From an uncultured Gammaproteobacteria bacterium (lineage in GTDB: Bacteria; Cyanobacteriota; Vampirovibrionia; 2-02-FULL-35-15): 64,000 nt of DNA. Numbering within the stretch: position 1 is the stretch's first letter; the number at the start of each line of letters is the position of its first letter. Both the position numbers and the translations under genes were made by a program. The DNA lies in the NCBI GenBank assembly GCA_964602915.1, contig CAZRTB010000001.1, positions 598,417 to 662,416 of the forward strand, given 5' to 3'. Below the pieces are notes generated by a model. That model did no database searches. It was not told where the DNA came from and saw only the letters and a program-made list of their open reading frames with translations. Of the stretch, positions 34,062-44,573 are shown in pieces.

Positions 34062-35489
34062 AGAAGATATTCTTTTTGATTCTCTAATAATATCCATTGC
34101 ATTGTTAAAAACCAAATTAATATCCCTCTCATTTCTACAAACACGAGAATCACATAACACCTCAGCAGTGGTATTTATTAGATTAGAAGAGGCTCCTTCC
34201 TTGATAAGTTTAATAAACTCTTCTGTAAAGAATCCACTTCTAATATTTTCTCTGTTGTTAATAAATACTTCCATGAAACTGGATTGTTCTATTGGGATAT
34301 TTGCCTTTGCAAGCATATAAATATCATTATGTAAGTTCTCTAAAACAACACCATGTTTTGAAAAACATTTAGAGGAAATGTCAAAAAATCTTTCTAGATA
34401 TTTTTCATCAATATTATTTCCTATTAAAGAGATAGACTGATCTATCACACCACCATCTCTCATATAAAGACCTTCCTCGGAGCATTTAAAGAAACCAGTA
34501 TAAAAAGCTGTAAGCTGACTAATGCTTAATGATTTTATGGACAGAATCCTTGCATTACCTTCAAGAAAATCAAAAAGAGGTTTTTTACTTTTCCCAGAAA
34601 CCGTTATTTTATTTAATGAAGAGTTGTATACCCTAACAGGGAATTCTGTAGATAGGTATTTATCAAGATTGTCAAAAAATAAATCAATTTTTTTCGAATC
34701 AATGTTTAATTTTGATATTTGAGCAAGTGACTTAACAATAGGACTTAATTTGCAATAGTGTAAAGAAGGATAGTTTTTATTTGTGCCCATATGATAATTT
34801 AAGAGCTCATCTAATACAAGCATCATCCTATCTCCAGGGACTGAAATAAAAAAATCTCTATAACCACTAACCAGTTCTTCTAGCTTCCATTTGTCTGGCA
34901 TTGTTGTTTGTTCGTAAATAGCAGAGTCTAAAAATCCCCTCATTAAATATAACGATAAGTTCCTTATAGCATAGTTCTGTGTGGATATTTTCTCTTCATT
35001 ACTTAAGTCTCTAAGCAAAAGACATGCTTCGGAAATTTTTAGAAAATCACAGTTTTTCCTTCTGTCTGCATCACAGAGTGATCTAAGGCAAGCAGGTTTT
35101 TTTACTTCACCTAATCCGTGAGTAAGATATGTATCTGCTGAAGCCAACTTTAAAGTATTTAAAAATATTAATTCAGATTTTATATCATCAAGAGGAAAGC
35201 CACAGGTTACAAAATTTAGGACAGCTCTTTTTAAGTGATCTTTATTGAGATTATTTAAACTATTTAATAATTGGAGAAAGCCTTTTATTCCACTTTGTTC
35301 TTTTTGAAATTCCTTTGAAAAATCAACATTTTTCTTATGTTTTGCTAAATTACTTAGACAAAGTCTTATTCGTTCAGTTAAAATTTCTTCAAAAGAGTTT
35401 TCTTTTTTTTCTTCTACAGGTTTAACCTCTTTTACAGGTATTCGTGTAAGACGTTGTTTCAATGCATTATTGTTTGAAATAGGTTCCAT
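34047..35489 (-). CDS. hypothetical protein (480 aa)
   Basis: Long ORF with no recognisable motif. It is transcribed divergently from the helicase-nuclease gene. Confidence 0.45.
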   Translation of the reverse strand: MEPISNNNALKQRLTRIPVKEVKPVEEKKENSFEEILTERIRLCLSNLAKHKKNVDFSKEFQKEQSGIKGFLQLLNSLNNLNKDHLKRAVLNFVTCGFPLDDIKSELIFLNTLKLASADTYLTHGLGEVKKPACLRSLCDADRRKNCDFLKISEACLLLRDLSNEEKISTQNYAIRNLSLYLMRGFLDSAIYEQTTMPDKWKLEELVSGYRDFFISVPGDRMMLVLDELLNYHMGTNKNYPSLHYCKLSPIVKSLAQISKLNIDSKKIDLFFDNLDKYLSTEFPVRVYNSSLNKITVSGKSKKPLFDFLEGNARILSIKSLSISQLTAFYTGFFKCSEEGLYMRDGGVIDQSISLIGNNIDEKYLERFFDISSKCFSKHGVVLENLHNDIYMLAKANIPIEQSSFMEVFINNRENIRSGFFTEEFIKLIKEGASSNLINTTAEVLCDSRVCRNERDINLVFNNAMDIIRESKRISSSKAG

Positions 35490-35679
35490 AATAGTTATCT
35501 ATAAAACATACACTCTAGTTATCATTAGGGTCAATTATAAATCCATATAAGGAGCTTAATTTAAGATTAAAATAATTTAATTTATACAACAACTCGGAAT
35601 ACAGGATAGAAAAACAGTAATATTCGTCATATTTCTATATGAATTTTAGGAAATTTTAATTTTTAAAAATTATTAAAAC

Positions 35680-38600
35680 ATGGAAATTGAATCAATCTTA
35701 AAAGATATAAAAAACGAATTAAGTGAAATAAAACAACTTGATAAAAAATCCAATGCTGTAATTGAGAATAAATTAAAAAGATGGTGTGACACACTTTTAG
35801 ACCTAACAAAGAGAAATCCGTCACTTCATTTCCTTACTCATGTAAAAGCAGGAAAAAATAAAGGAAAAAGAAAACATAATATTTTTAAAATAAAACTTAC
35901 TTCAGAAGAAGTTTTTGAGAAGCTAGTAAATAAAACAGAAGTTTTAAATCTGTCTGATGCAGGATTGGTTGATTTAAGCAGAGGGTTTTCTAGATTTGGT
36001 TTTAGTAAAAAAAGAAGTTATTATATTTCTGTTTCAGAGGATATTCCAGAAGAAGGTGAAGAGGTCGAAGAATCTGAAGAATTAGAAGAAAATTTAGATG
36101 AAACACAAGATCTTGAAAATGAAACATTTCAGACTGAGCAAGAAGAAGAACTAATTGATAATAATTTAGTTATTTCCCAGTTTATAAGAATTAAAAGAGA
36201 TACAGAAAGTATTTTAGAAGAAAGAGGAACACACGTTCTTTATCTTATATGCGGGTTATTTGAGTGGAGAGATCCTCTGATATCTGATGAAATCTTAAAT
36301 ACCCCTATACTTTTTATTCCAGTTACAATTCAAAAAACCAGAACAAAAGATAGATTTAGTATTCATCTTGCAGAAAGTTCTGAAGTAGAATTTAATCCAA
36401 CATTTTCTTATTTATTAAAGAAAAACTATCAGCTGGATCTAGATAAAGAAATAAATGAAATATTAAATAATCAGGAAAATAAAGAAGATCTTTCACCAAT
36501 AAAACAAATCTTTGAATTAATAGAAACCAGATTAACAAAACTTCTTCAAGGGAAAATTAAAGATGAAACGTGGCTAGGTAAATTTTGGTTTGAAAAATTA
36601 GTTCTTTTGACTGATATTCAGAAGAATATAGGTGCTTTTGTAAATGATCCAATTATTCAAAATATTTGTGGTGAAAAACCTCAAGAAGAAATAGAACATA
36701 AAACAAATCTTGAAGAGTTATCTAGACAAGCGGAAAATAAAAAGCCTCTTGAGATATTTGAAGTACTTGATGCTGACTCTAGCCAAAGAAGGGCAATAGA
36801 ATCAGCAATTAGTAAAAAGAATTTTGTTTTAATAGGGCCACCGGGTACTGGAAAATCTCAAACAATTGCAAATATTATTTCAGAATGTCTGGTTAGAGGG
36901 AGAAAAGTTTTATTTGTTAGTGAAAAACTAGCCGCTTTGAAAGTGGTGAAAAAGAAATTAGAACAATGTAATTTAGGAAAACTATGTATATCTATTCATG
37001 GAAAAGAAACAAAGAAAAAAGATTTTTATTCGAACTTATATGACTGGTATGAAGAAGTCTTATCTTATAATCCAAAGCCAAATCAAGATGAAATAATTTA
37101 TGAAGAATTGGCAAACATAAAGAAAAGACTTAATGATTATGCTACTGCTCTTGGTAAAAATGATAGTTCGCTTAGCCATGTAGTGGAGAAGATTGGGAAA
37201 GAAGTAAAAACCTTAGAACTAACAAACCAATATATTCAAGGGAAATTATTAGGACTAGATAAAATCCCAGAAGTAAAAACAAGAATAAATATTGATGATT
37301 TAGATGTAAGAAAATACAAATCACAAAAAGAAGTTTTAGAAAAAACAATCCCCTATAAAGATATTGTCTTAAAAAAGACTTATAGCGACTGGTTCACTAC
37401 TGAACTAATGGGTCCATATACCATTGAAATGGAAGAGGATATTTTAAAAGCACTAAAAAGAATTAGTATTCAAGAATTAATAGGAATTATAGATGAAATA
37501 AACAATCTTTTAGAACTAAAAGCTTCCATGCCTTTATATAAAACCATTGATTTAATTGCATTTGTAAAAGAGATAGTTAATGCTCCTGAACTCGAATCAA
37601 ACCTTTTAAATCCAGAGGCAGTTTCAGATAGTGTAACAAAGTTAAGTTCAGACATTGCTCTTCATAAGAAATATATAGAAGAAAGAAAAAATCTTACAAA
37701 TTATTTTAATTCAAGCTTATTAGAAAAAGATCTAGATGATCTAAAAGAGAATTTCTCGGAAAAATATAAAGAAGATAAACTTAGATGGTTTAAACCAACA
37801 TATTGGAAAATAAGAAAAGAAGTTTCAAAGGATAAAGTCAAAACCCCTGATGGAAAAGAAAATATTTTTGATGACAATTTATATTTTAGTGAGATTGAAA
37901 GAGCAAGTACAATTAAAAAATTAGCTTTTGATATAGAAGCTCATACGAAAGAATTTTCACAAAGATATGGAAATACTTATGTAGGAGAAAATACAGACTG
38001 GGAAAAAGTTTCATATCTTTTAAATTATGCTGATTCGTTGTTTAAGCATCTGAATGAAAAGCTAAGCATCCCACATCTAGAAAGTATCGTCAGTTCTGCA
38101 CTGTCAGAGTGTCTCCAGTCAAAATACAGTCCTATAAAAGACAAGCTTAAACAATTACTTTTAAAACTAGAAAGCAAATTAAATGAATTTGATATTGCAT
38201 TTATAGCTCTCGGTCAATTTCTCCCATTATCATATGAAAAAGAAAAGTATGATGAGAAAAATAAATTAACTTCATATCCAAAATATATTTTTAATAAATC
38301 AGATTTTGGAATTAAAAATCTAGAAGAAGTTAAATTCTGGATTCAAAAATTAGAGAGGGATCTTAAAGAAGAGCCTTCACTTTTAGAGATATGGCTAGAG
38401 TTTAAAGAAATAAAAGAAGAAGCAAAAGAGCTAAGCCTGGAAGAATTTTTAGAAGATTTTAGTAAATTAGATCTTGATTATAATAATATTGTTCAAATCT
38501 TTGAAAAAAGAACATTAGAACTTTTACTTATAAATGCAGAAAAAGAAAGTCCTGCTCTTGCAAAATTTAGCGCAAATCGCTATCAAAAACTTCAGGAAGA

Positions 38601-40179
38601 CTTTAAAACTTTTGATAAGCAGTCGCTTAAATTAAATCAAAACAGAATATTTGAAATTGTTTCTAAGCAAATAAAAGAAAAACTAATGTTTCATCAGGAA
38701 CCAAGATTGCTTAAAAAACTTGGTCAACAAAAAAGACCTAAAAAGCCAATCAGGCAAGCTATTATAGATACAGAAGATTTATTCTTTTCATTAAAGCCGT
38801 GCTGGATGATGAGTCCACTTACGGTTAGTCAGTATTTACCGCCAAATGCATCTTTATTTGATGTAGTTATATTTGATGAGGCTTCTCAGGTAAGACCAGC
38901 AGATTCAATAGGAGCAATTTTCAGAGGAGATCAAATAATCGTAGTTGGCGATCCACGTCAGCTCCCCCCTACAAACTTTTTCCAAACAATGGCACAAGAT
39001 GACAAAAACATTTTAGATGATGAGGAAGATGAAGGATCAGAAGAAAGTATTATTGATGAGGTTTTAAGTAAAGCCTATGACATTGATGAAATCCCTTTGA
39101 AGTGGCACTATAGAAGTAAGAGCGAAGATCTTTTTTCTTTTGCTAGCCACAATATTTATTCCGACTTAGAGCTTATAACTTTCCCAAATCCAAAACCATA
39201 TTTAGAAGATGGAAGACCGCTTGGTGTAAAACATGTTTTAGTGAAAGACGGAGTTTATGACAGAGGTAAAACCAGAACAAATCTAAAAGAAGCTGAGCAG
39301 GTAGCTGATCTTGTAATAGAGCACTATACCCGTTATGGGACAGATAAATGTGATCCCAGGTATTTAAGCCTTGGAGTTATTGCCTTTAGTTCAGCACAGG
39401 AAGATGCTATTTTAAATGCTATTCAGAAAAGAAAAAAAGAATTTCCAGATATTGAGACTATTTTAGAAGATAAAGATGGAGAAGGTTTCTTTGTTAAGAA
39501 CCTCGAAACTGTACAAGGAGATGAGAGAGATCATATTATTATTTCAGTAGGATATGGCCCAGATTCTACAGGGAAAATGGTAAGCAATTTTGGACCATTA
39601 AACTCAGAGGGTGGATATAGAAGGCTAAATGTAGCTATAACAAGAGCTAGGTATCATTTGATGATAGTAAGCTCATTTAATCCACGAAGTTTTAATTTAA
39701 ACAGTAATCAGCAAGGAGCAAAACTCTTATTAAAATATTTACGATTTGCAGAACAAGGTAAAGCAGTATTGTTTGAAGATAAGCCAGAGCAAGCAAGTGC
39801 AGATACTTTTAATTCTCCATTTGAAGAAGAGGTTTTTAAGAGACTTTCAGAAAAAGGACTTGAAATCCACACTCAGGTAGGATGTAGTGGTTATAGAGTT
39901 GACATGGCAGTAATAAATCCTAAAAAACCAAATGAGTATTTATTTGCTATTGAATGTGACGGAAAAACATATCATGGGACTTTTTCGGCAAAAGACAGAG
40001 ATAGATTACGTCAGGAAATCCTAGAAGATAGAGGCTGGAAGGTCTACAGAATATGGTCTCGTGACTGGATGAAAAATCCAAAAAAAGAAATTTTAAGACT
40101 AATGGATTTTTATAATAGCCTTGTTCAAAAAGAAGAAGCAAAAGAGTTAATAGAAGATCTTGAAATGAATTTTGAGTAA
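35680..40179 (+). CDS. DUF4011-like N-region + SF1B (Upf1/DNA2-like) helicase + C-terminal DUF559/Vsr-like endonuclease fusion protein
   Basis: Helicase motifs are I LIGPPGTGKSQT, II VVIFDEASQV, III VVGDPRQLPPT, V ISVGYGPDSTG and VI RRLNVAITRARYHLMIV. The C-terminus has YRVDMAVINPKKPNEYLFAIECDGKTYHGTFSAKDRDRLRQEILEDRGWKVYRIW, the DUF559 pattern. There is an acidic low-complexity insert at residues about 125-160. Confidence 0.8.
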   Translation: MEIESILKDIKNELSEIKQLDKKSNAVIENKLKRWCDTLLDLTKRNPSLHFLTHVKAGKNKGKRKHNIFKIKLTSEEVFEKLVNKTEVLNLSDAGLVDLSRGFSRFGFSKKRSYYISVSEDIPEEGEEVEESEELEENLDETQDLENETFQTEQEEELIDNNLVISQFIRIKRDTESILEERGTHVLYLICGLFEWRDPLISDEILNTPILFIPVTIQKTRTKDRFSIHLAESSEVEFNPTFSYLLKKNYQLDLDKEINEILNNQENKEDLSPIKQIFELIETRLTKLLQGKIKDETWLGKFWFEKLVLLTDIQKNIGAFVNDPIIQNICGEKPQEEIEHKTNLEELSRQAENKKPLEIFEVLDADSSQRRAIESAISKKNFVLIGPPGTGKSQTIANIISECLVRGRKVLFVSEKLAALKVVKKKLEQCNLGKLCISIHGKETKKKDFYSNLYDWYEEVLSYNPKPNQDEIIYEELANIKKRLNDYATALGKNDSSLSHVVEKIGKEVKTLELTNQYIQGKLLGLDKIPEVKTRINIDDLDVRKYKSQKEVLEKTIPYKDIVLKKTYSDWFTTELMGPYTIEMEEDILKALKRISIQELIGIIDEINNLLELKASMPLYKTIDLIAFVKEIVNAPELESNLLNPEAVSDSVTKLSSDIALHKKYIEERKNLTNYFNSSLLEKDLDDLKENFSEKYKEDKLRWFKPTYWKIRKEVSKDKVKTPDGKENIFDDNLYFSEIERASTIKKLAFDIEAHTKEFSQRYGNTYVGENTDWEKVSYLLNYADSLFKHLNEKLSIPHLESIVSSALSECLQSKYSPIKDKLKQLLLKLESKLNEFDIAFIALGQFLPLSYEKEKYDEKNKLTSYPKYIFNKSDFGIKNLEEVKFWIQKLERDLKEEPSLLEIWLEFKEIKEEAKELSLEEFLEDFSKLDLDYNNIVQIFEKRTLELLLINAEKESPALAKFSANRYQKLQEDFKTFDKQSLKLNQNRIFEIVSKQIKEKLMFHQEPRLLKKLGQQKRPKKPIRQAIIDTEDLFFSLKPCWMMSPLTVSQYLPPNASLFDVVIFDEASQVRPADSIGAIFRGDQIIVVGDPRQLPPTNFFQTMAQDDKNILDDEEDEGSEESIIDEVLSKAYDIDEIPLKWHYRSKSEDLFSFASHNIYSDLELITFPNPKPYLEDGRPLGVKHVLVKDGVYDRGKTRTNLKEAEQVADLVIEHYTRYGTDKCDPRYLSLGVIAFSSAQEDAILNAIQKRKKEFPDIETILEDKDGEGFFVKNLETVQGDERDHIIISVGYGPDSTGKMVSNFGPLNSEGGYRRLNVAITRARYHLMIVSSFNPRSFNLNSNQQGAKLLLKYLRFAEQGKAVLFEDKPEQASADTFNSPFEEEVFKRLSEKGLEIHTQVGCSGYRVDMAVINPKKPNEYLFAIECDGKTYHGTFSAKDRDRLRQEILEDRGWKVYRIWSRDWMKNPKKEILRLMDFYNSLVQKEEAKELIEDLEMNFE

Positions 40180-40269
40180 ATCAGGTCAAATTCTAAAAAA
40201 TCCATTAAATTGACTTTTAACCATTGAGTTTATTAGTACAAATTTGCTAAAAGATAATTAATAAAGGGT

Positions 40270-41937
40270 TTGGGTGAGTGTATGGATGCTTCTAGGATAA
40301 ATGGAAGTTCTGGTTTAACAGGAGCAGGCTCTAGAAGAGATCAGGTATTGGATCAAGACCTTGAGAAAATACTCTTAGGAGCAGGAATTAGACCTAAAAA
40401 AGGAAGTATATTCTCTCCTCAGATTTTTTCTGCACTTAGAACTTTATGTAATCAAGATAAAATTGATGTAACATCCGTTTCAAAAGCCCTATCAACAGCA
40501 GGGTTGAATTTAAAAAAAGGTCAACCAGCTAATATTTCTAAAAGACTATCTGAACTATTAGGCAAAGATAATGAAACTATAGAAAAAGCACCAGAAGTTC
40601 AAACCTCTCTACTTGCTACGCAACCCCCAATTATTAACTTACAAAGAGGGAATGAATCACAAGCAATATATGGAGTTGGAAGCGAATTAATAGAACGAAT
40701 AGATAGAAAAGCTAATGAGTTAAATCTCAGCCCGGAATCCAGAACAAAATTAAACTCTGCAACTGCATGGTATTTAGCTGGATATAGTGAAATATTTTTA
40801 GCATTGAGAGAGTTAGCTCATACAGAACAAGCAAAGTATGGAGAGATAAAAAATGTTATAGGCTTACTTATGGATAAGGTTGAAGGAGGAAGGGCTCTAA
40901 ACCCTGAAACCTTAAGTTCTCCAGATGTACCTTTTACGATGGAGCATGTTACTGTTTTAGATACTGTAGTTAGAACAGATATTTTAATTCCTAATGGCTT
41001 ATCTGTCATTGTTACCAGGCAAGACATGCCACCAATTTTTTCACTAACAGTAAAAGATCCAAACATTCATAGAGCACCATCTGGTAGAGAAGTGCCAGTA
41101 TATGACCTACATTATTTGAATGGACGTATGGAATTTGATGGATTGTCATTATCTTCAATGGTTGTATTACCACATAGCTCTTTATCTCAGACTCCTAGAA
41201 CCTTTGAAAGATTTAAAGTACTTTCTCAATCATATGAGTCAGGATCTTATCGTCCTCCTTTGAGGTTTGATAACCCAAGAGATTTATTATTTTGGGCAGG
41301 AGTGCAGTTTTGTCGGCGAAATGAATCTCCAGAATCAATGTGGAAAAAACATGTCTTAGCTGAAGAGCTTATACATTCAGATGCAACAGCATTTTTTGAA
41401 GCAGTTATAGGAAGAAAAGAGACAGAAGGATTTACAGCGGAGGATCAAAAAAAAGCAAAAGTAATTTTAAAGCCAGAATCACCATTTAGGTCTTTAATTG
41501 AAAATAGAAGGTCTCCTCAAGAAAAAGAAAATATAGCATCAGCATTGAATGAACTGGAAGCCTGGTTATTAGTAATTGAAGGATCTAATAGTTCTTTATT
41601 TCCTTTAGTTGAAAATTGTCTGCATGGTATTTATCCAGAACTTCCAACTGTAGGTGAACTAGACCATTATGTTATAGGGAGGCATATTTTATCTGAGGAA
41701 TTTAAAAAAGAATTGAATCTAAATGGAAAATCTTGGATTGAATTTTTATCTTCTTTTAAGGGAAATAATGTCTCTCAAGATGAGCCTCTTTTAAGAGAGC
41801 TTGATGGAAAGATAAAACAGGGGGCAAGGAAAATCTATCAACGTAATTTTTATAATATAGAAGAAAGAAATCAAATTAAACCTGGTTGGACAACCTATAA
41901 AGCCATACCAAGAATTAGATTTGTAGAAGAAGGATAA
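40270..41937 (+). CDS. hypothetical protein (555 aa), downstream of the helicase-nuclease gene
   Basis: Long ORF 90 nt downstream of the helicase-nuclease gene with no motif recognised. Its GC content is visibly higher than that of its neighbours. Confidence 0.45.
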   Translation: MGECMDASRINGSSGLTGAGSRRDQVLDQDLEKILLGAGIRPKKGSIFSPQIFSALRTLCNQDKIDVTSVSKALSTAGLNLKKGQPANISKRLSELLGKDNETIEKAPEVQTSLLATQPPIINLQRGNESQAIYGVGSELIERIDRKANELNLSPESRTKLNSATAWYLAGYSEIFLALRELAHTEQAKYGEIKNVIGLLMDKVEGGRALNPETLSSPDVPFTMEHVTVLDTVVRTDILIPNGLSVIVTRQDMPPIFSLTVKDPNIHRAPSGREVPVYDLHYLNGRMEFDGLSLSSMVVLPHSSLSQTPRTFERFKVLSQSYESGSYRPPLRFDNPRDLLFWAGVQFCRRNESPESMWKKHVLAEELIHSDATAFFEAVIGRKETEGFTAEDQKKAKVILKPESPFRSLIENRRSPQEKENIASALNELEAWLLVIEGSNSSLFPLVENCLHGIYPELPTVGELDHYVIGRHILSEEFKKELNLNGKSWIEFLSSFKGNNVSQDEPLLRELDGKIKQGARKIYQRNFYNIEERNQIKPGWTTYKAIPRIRFVEEG

Positions 41938-41951
41938 AAATATTATTTTGG

Positions 41952-41973
41952 GACTTCAGACAAGCTGAAGTCT
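41952..41973. terminator. 8-bp perfect hairpin (GACTTCAG-acaagc-CTGAAGTC) between convergent genes
   Basis: Read directly. There is no strong U-tract on either side, so this is a weak terminator call. Confidence 0.3.
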
Positions 41974-42062
41974 CCTTCATAAATAAAAATTGATTGACCG
42001 GATTTGGTGAGTAAATCACACAAATCCTATAATTGCCAGTTAGTTAGAAGAAGAATAAAAAT

Positions 42063-42545
42063 TTAATTGAAACTTATATGACATCCGCCAGAAACTCCTT
42101 GTTTCTCAAAATATTTTTGGTGGTATTCTTCTGCTGGGTAAAACTTTGAAGCTGGTGCTATTTGTGTGACGATTGGTTTTTTAAAAAACTTAGCAGATTC
42201 GAATTCTTTTTTTACCTTTTCAGCAGTTTCTTTTTGGGATTCATTTTCATAAAAAATGGCAGACCTGTACTGAGATCCTACATCTGGTCCTTGCCTGTTC
42301 AGAGTCGTAGGATCGTGAATTTTAAAGAAAAAAGTTACTAGTTCTTCATAAGAAACTTTAGCCGGGTCAAACTCTACTAGAACTGCTTCAGCATGGTTTG
42401 TATTTCCACTACAAACTTCTTTATACGTAGGATTTTCAGTACGTCCACCGGTATAACCGCATGGTGCAGAAATGACACCATCTAATTTACTAAAAGCTAG
42501 TTCTACTCCCCAAAAACAACCACATGCAAATATTGCTTTTTCCAT
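42063..42545 (-). CDS. msrA: peptide methionine-S-sulfoxide reductase
   Basis: MEKAIFACGCFWGVE carries the GCFWG active site and GYTGG follows. The length is 160 aa. Confidence 0.9.
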   Translation of the reverse strand: MEKAIFACGCFWGVELAFSKLDGVISAPCGYTGGRTENPTYKEVCSGNTNHAEAVLVEFDPAKVSYEELVTFFFKIHDPTTLNRQGPDVGSQYRSAIFYENESQKETAEKVKKEFESAKFFKKPIVTQIAPASKFYPAEEYHQKYFEKQGVSGGCHISFN

Positions 42546-42593
42546 AAAATCTCCTTGCTTAATTATAGCGAATAATCCTGCTAAAATTACTTA

Positions 42594-43484
42594 ATGACTC
42601 AAAACAAAAAAGATTTGTTTAAACTACACTTTGCAGTGTTTTTATTTGGCTTTGCGGCATTGTTTGGAAAGCTTTTAAAAGTAAGCCCATTTGTCATTGT
42701 TTGTGGAAGAACTTTTTTTGCAGTAATAGCAATGACATTATTTATGTTATTTACTAAAAAGAAATTTAAATTAAAAGATTTTAAAGATTATTTTAATCTT
42801 GCATTCGTTGGTGTAATGTTTGCGCTTCATTGGTATACGTTTTTCAAATCAATTCAGGTTTCTACAGTAGCAATTGCTGTTTTAACATTTTCTACATTTC
42901 CTATTTTTGTAACTTTTATGGAGCCATATTTTTCAAAGGAGAAATTAAAAACTTTTGATGTTGTAATTGCTTTTATTACACTTCTAGGAGTTGGTTTGGT
43001 TATTCCTAGATTTGAGCTCTCAGATAGTTTTATGCAAGGAGCACTATGGGGTATAGCATCAGGATTTACCTGTGCAATTCTTGCAATTTCAAACAGGCAA
43101 AATGTAGCTAAGTATTCCAGTGAACAAATCTCACTTTATCAAAACATTACAGCTACTGTAATTTTATTTCCAGTAGTTTTAAAAATAAATCCAGTATTAA
43201 ATTCGGGTGATATTTGGCTTTTATCTTTGCTTGGTGTGGTTTTTACTGCAGGAACCAATATTTTATTTATCTCCAGTTTAAAAACTATAACTGCGCAACT
43301 TGCTAGTGTTATAACCTGTCTGGAGCCTGTTTATGCCATTATTATTGCTTATTATGTATTAGGAGAAGAGCCTACTATCAGAACTCTCTTTGGTGGATTA
43401 ATAATTTTAGGAGCAGTTTTAATGGCTAGTAAAGCCCACAATAATCAGATAAAAGCTGAGATTGTTTTACAGGAAAGTCTTTAA
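42594..43484 (+). CDS. EamA/DMT-superfamily 10-TM transporter
   Basis: Two roughly 140-aa halves, each with 5 hydrophobic helices. The length is 296 aa. Confidence 0.65.
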   Translation: MTQNKKDLFKLHFAVFLFGFAALFGKLLKVSPFVIVCGRTFFAVIAMTLFMLFTKKKFKLKDFKDYFNLAFVGVMFALHWYTFFKSIQVSTVAIAVLTFSTFPIFVTFMEPYFSKEKLKTFDVVIAFITLLGVGLVIPRFELSDSFMQGALWGIASGFTCAILAISNRQNVAKYSSEQISLYQNITATVILFPVVLKINPVLNSGDIWLLSLLGVVFTAGTNILFISSLKTITAQLASVITCLEPVYAIIIAYYVLGEEPTIRTLFGGLIILGAVLMASKAHNNQIKAEIVLQESL

Positions 43485-43549
43485 TCTTAAAAGAAATTAA
43501 TCTGAGAATTCTTTTTTCTTTATTAAAAAACAGTAATTAAAACCATTTT

Positions 43550-44194
43550 TTGTCTAATATAGAAACAGATATGAATATAAGATACATTCTTAACAAATTA
43601 ACTTTGGGATATTTTTTCCCTTTAAATAAACCTAGGCAAGTTAAAAATCAAAAGCCTTTATTGGCCTCTACTAATGAAGGACAAATTCCACCACAAACGC
43701 TTCTTCCTTCTAATTTAACTATTCCTGGATCTGAGCAGTCAGCCAAATCATTTTTAGGGGAAGAAAGACAAAGCTTACCCCCTACTCAACAAGAAGGATT
43801 AAAATCTATAAAACAATCTATATATTCTGCTTCAATTGATTTTCAAAGACAAAACAAGGATGAAAGAAGAAAGAAGTTTTTTGATGAAGATGGAAAAATA
43901 TTAACTGAATATAAACATCATTTTCAACGTGTTTTAAGGAGTTTTTACTTGGGTGAGGTTAATAAAGCAGAACGGCATTTAATAGATAATGAATATGCTC
44001 TGAACCATTTGTTCTTACATGAAATAAATGAATATTTTTTAGATAGATACTCTAATATAGTAGAAATTTCTGAAATTAAAGAATTCTTGAGGAATGAATT
44101 ATCAGCAATTTCACTACAATATGAAAAATTTACTTTAAATAATAAATTGACAGATACGTATGTGAATCTTCTTTTAAAACAGTTAACAGAGTAA
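43550..44194 (+). CDS. hypothetical protein (214 aa)
   Basis: ORF only. Confidence 0.35.
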   Translation: MSNIETDMNIRYILNKLTLGYFFPLNKPRQVKNQKPLLASTNEGQIPPQTLLPSNLTIPGSEQSAKSFLGEERQSLPPTQQEGLKSIKQSIYSASIDFQRQNKDERRKKFFDEDGKILTEYKHHFQRVLRSFYLGEVNKAERHLIDNEYALNHLFLHEINEYFLDRYSNIVEISEIKEFLRNELSAISLQYEKFTLNNKLTDTYVNLLLKQLTE

Positions 44195-44206
44195 AATAAT
44201 ACTGTT

Positions 44207-44554
44207 ATGAAAATAAATGTTGAACAAATTCCTTGTTATGTATCTATCGGAATTCATGATGAAGAAAAAAAAATGGGACAGAAACTCTTTGTAGATGTAT
44301 ATGTAGAAATAGACTCTTCTAAAGCCACATCTTCAGATAAAGTAGAAAATACCTTTAATTATGTTGAAATTTATAATACTATTCAAAAAACAGGAAAGTC
44401 AAAATCTTATTCTCTTATAGAAACCTTAGCTGAGTCTTTTTTAGAAGAAATCTTAAAACACCCTTCTGTAAAAAGCGCTAAAATAAGAGTACATAAGCCT
44501 CATATTCCATTTCCAGAATTTCAAGGAAAAGTATCAATTGAAGTGAGTCGATAG
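44207..44554 (+). CDS. folB: dihydroneopterin aldolase
   Basis: 115 aa. MKINVEQIPCYVSIGIHDEEKKMGQKLFVDVYVE matches the FolB pattern (...IGV.DWE....Q.L..D...). Confidence 0.75.
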   Translation: MKINVEQIPCYVSIGIHDEEKKMGQKLFVDVYVEIDSSKATSSDKVENTFNYVEIYNTIQKTGKSKSYSLIETLAESFLEEILKHPSVKSAKIRVHKPHIPFPEFQGKVSIEVSR

Positions 44555-44573
44555 GCTCATTGAGAGGAACGTA

